Assembly (NCBI GenBank): GCA_030833185.1
Contig: JAURHQ010000003.1
Span: forward strand, 2,078-66,077
Length of the DNA stretch: 64,000 bases
From: Gammaproteobacteria bacterium
Lineage (GTDB): Bacteria; Pseudomonadota; Gammaproteobacteria; Ga0077536
Direction of reading: 5' to 3'
Shown here: in pieces, positions 62,642 to 64,000 of the stretch
How the letters are laid out: each line of letters begins with the position of its first letter
How positions within the stretch are numbered: position 1 is the first letter of the stretch
Notes under the pieces: generated by a model
The model's database searches: none
What the model saw: only the letters and a program-made list of their open reading frames with translations
Told to the model about the DNA's origin: nothing
Program-made: the position numbers and the translations under genes

Positions 62642-63568
62642 GTGAGTCCCACCCCAGCTTCCAAAGCCCAACAGTTTGCGCGACAGGTGGACTGGAACCT
62701 GTTCCGGATTTTTTACGAGATTGGTCGCTGCGGCAGCATCAGCGCCACCGCCCGCGCCTTGAATCTGCAGCAGCCCAGCGTGAGCGCGGCGCTGAAGCGG
62801 CTGGAGGAACGACTCGACACCACGCTGTGCCTGCGTAAAAGCCGCGGCATCGAGCTCACCCCTGCCGGCCAAACGCTGTTTACCCGCTGCGCGGCGCTGC
62901 TGGAACAGGTGCAAGCAATGCCGCAAGACCTCGCCCGCACGCTCTCGGCGCTGCAGGGCACGCTGCCCATCTGCATGCTGTCGCAGCTCATTTCCCCGCG
63001 TCTGGATGCCGCGCTCGCGGCCTACCACGACCGCTATCCCGACGTTGCCATCCGCATCGACGTGGCCCCGTGGCGGGCGGTGCTCGAAGCCGTGCGCAGG
63101 GGCGATGCGTCCCTTGGCGTTGCCTGCGACAGCGCGCCCAGCGCCGATTTACGCTACGAAGTGCTGATGCGCGAGACCCAGCAGCTTTACTGTGGCCCCG
63201 CGCACCCGCTCTACGGCCAGGGGCCGTTCAGCCCGAATGAGCTGGCCACGCAGGCCTTCATTCATACCGGCGAAGACGAACCCGCCGCGCTTGAAGCCTT
63301 CCGCCAGCGCTTTGGTCTTGGCCAGCGCCGCGCGGGGTTTGCCGAAGACCTGCACGAAGTGCGCTGGCTGATCGAACTCGGCGTGGGCTTGGGCTTCCTG
63401 CCCACGGTGGTGGCGGGCAGTCGGCCAGATCGGGACGCGCTGTGGCCGCTGCTGGCCCCCGATCTGCTGCCCAGTTATGACGTCTTTCTGATCACCCGAC
63501 AGGCCGCCGCGAGCGATCCACTCTGCGAGCGATTGCTGAGCGCAATCCGTCAGGACCACCGGACTTAA
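62642..63568 (+). CDS. LysR-family transcriptional regulator
   Basis: GTG start. HTH SISATARALNLQQPSVSAALKRLE. Length typical of a LysR effector domain. Confidence 0.9.
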   Translation: MSPTPASKAQQFARQVDWNLFRIFYEIGRCGSISATARALNLQQPSVSAALKRLEERLDTTLCLRKSRGIELTPAGQTLFTRCAALLEQVQAMPQDLARTLSALQGTLPICMLSQLISPRLDAALAAYHDRYPDVAIRIDVAPWRAVLEAVRRGDASLGVACDSAPSADLRYEVLMRETQQLYCGPAHPLYGQGPFSPNELATQAFIHTGEDEPAALEAFRQRFGLGQRRAGFAEDLHEVRWLIELGVGLGFLPTVVAGSRPDRDALWPLLAPDLLPSYDVFLITRQAAASDPLCERLLSAIRQDHRT

Positions 63569-63653
63569 GCCCCGCCCGCCATCACTCCGGCCTATGGCCG
63601 CCATCAGCGATTGGCGACTACCGGCTCGCAAACGGCCTGCCTAGCATTGGGCC

Positions 63654-64000
63654 ATGAACACGCCCCTTCGCATTCCGACTATCTCCGGCCTGCGCGGTCT
63701 GTGGACGCGCTCGCTGATTGCCTGGCCCGATGGCCGACGCGACACCACCACCGAGGTGCGCTGGCTGCAAGGACCAACGCGCTATATCGACCTGCGGCAG
63801 CCGGCTGGCCGGCCCGATTTCTCCCGCACGCGCTGCGTGGCCGAAGCCGACCTGCCCGCGCTGGTCTGGCTGGCGAGCCAGGAAGGTTTCGCCGGCGTGC
63901 TGACGCAGGATGGCCCCTGGTTTGAGTGGGGACGCGACTTCGACCTGCAGCCGCAGGGCATGTACTCCGACTGCGGCAAGCTGTGGTTCGAGGGCGATGT
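63654..64000 (+). CDS. hypothetical protein, N-terminal fragment (continues past right edge)
   Basis: Not in the ORF track. ATG 63654 opens a frame with no stop through base 64000 (MNTPLRIPTISGLRGLWTRSLIAWPDGRRDTTTEVRWLQGPTRYIDLRQP...). By eye, third codon positions are overwhelmingly G/C, unlike the overlapping track ORF 63611..63925. Confidence 0.55.
   Translation, partial: MNTPLRIPTISGLRGLWTRSLIAWPDGRRDTTTEVRWLQGPTRYIDLRQPAGRPDFSRTRCVAEADLPALVWLASQEGFAGVLTQDGPWFEWGRDFDLQPQGMYSDCGKLWFEGD

Noticed and set aside
63611-63925. 104-aa track ORF after the LysR gene
   Set aside because: Its Arg/Ala/Pro/His-rich product looks like an off-frame artefact. The overlapping frame from 63654 has far better third-position GC bias and stays open to the window end.

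Overview
High-GC proteobacterial chromosome segment with gammaproteobacteria-like, origin-proximal synteny. It is almost entirely tightly packed housekeeping genes. Left to right: a PepSY / OmpR-type regulator / sensor-kinase module (the kinase runs off the left edge); a CN-hydrolase and rraA; glmU; the full atpIBEFHAGDC operon; parB-parA-rsmG-mnmG; a four-gene Gld-like ABC module; glyQS-gmhB-plsC; hemB; ntrC-ntrB, a DUF4124 gene and glnA with a clear sigma54 promoter, enhancer sites and terminator; lysA-lptM; trxA-rho; HIT, NUDIX and tesA divergent from ybbA-ybbP; hemH; slt; cca; msrA; a folate block (FolM-like SDR, folK, folB); plsY; tsaD divergent from rpsU-yqeY-dnaG-rpoD; and a tRNA with anticodon CAU. 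I saw no CRISPR array, IS element, integrase, prophage or recognisable defence genes, and I found no convincing novel multi-gene system. The only accessory-looking stretch follows the tRNA (57.4-64 kb). It holds an internally duplicated di-iron-type protein with two complete ligand sets, a converging membrane PAS-GGDEF cyclase, a 406-aa orphan divergent from a LysR regulator, and an unassignable ORF running off the right edge. The duplicated di-iron protein is the best lead. The Gld-like ABC + DUF4340-like operon and a 188-aa orphan next to glyQ are secondary unknowns. Two real-looking ORFs at the window edges are missing from the ORF track. Many starts were moved inward from the track's longest-ORF coordinates. 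Family calls come from motif recognition only; no searches or statistics were run.
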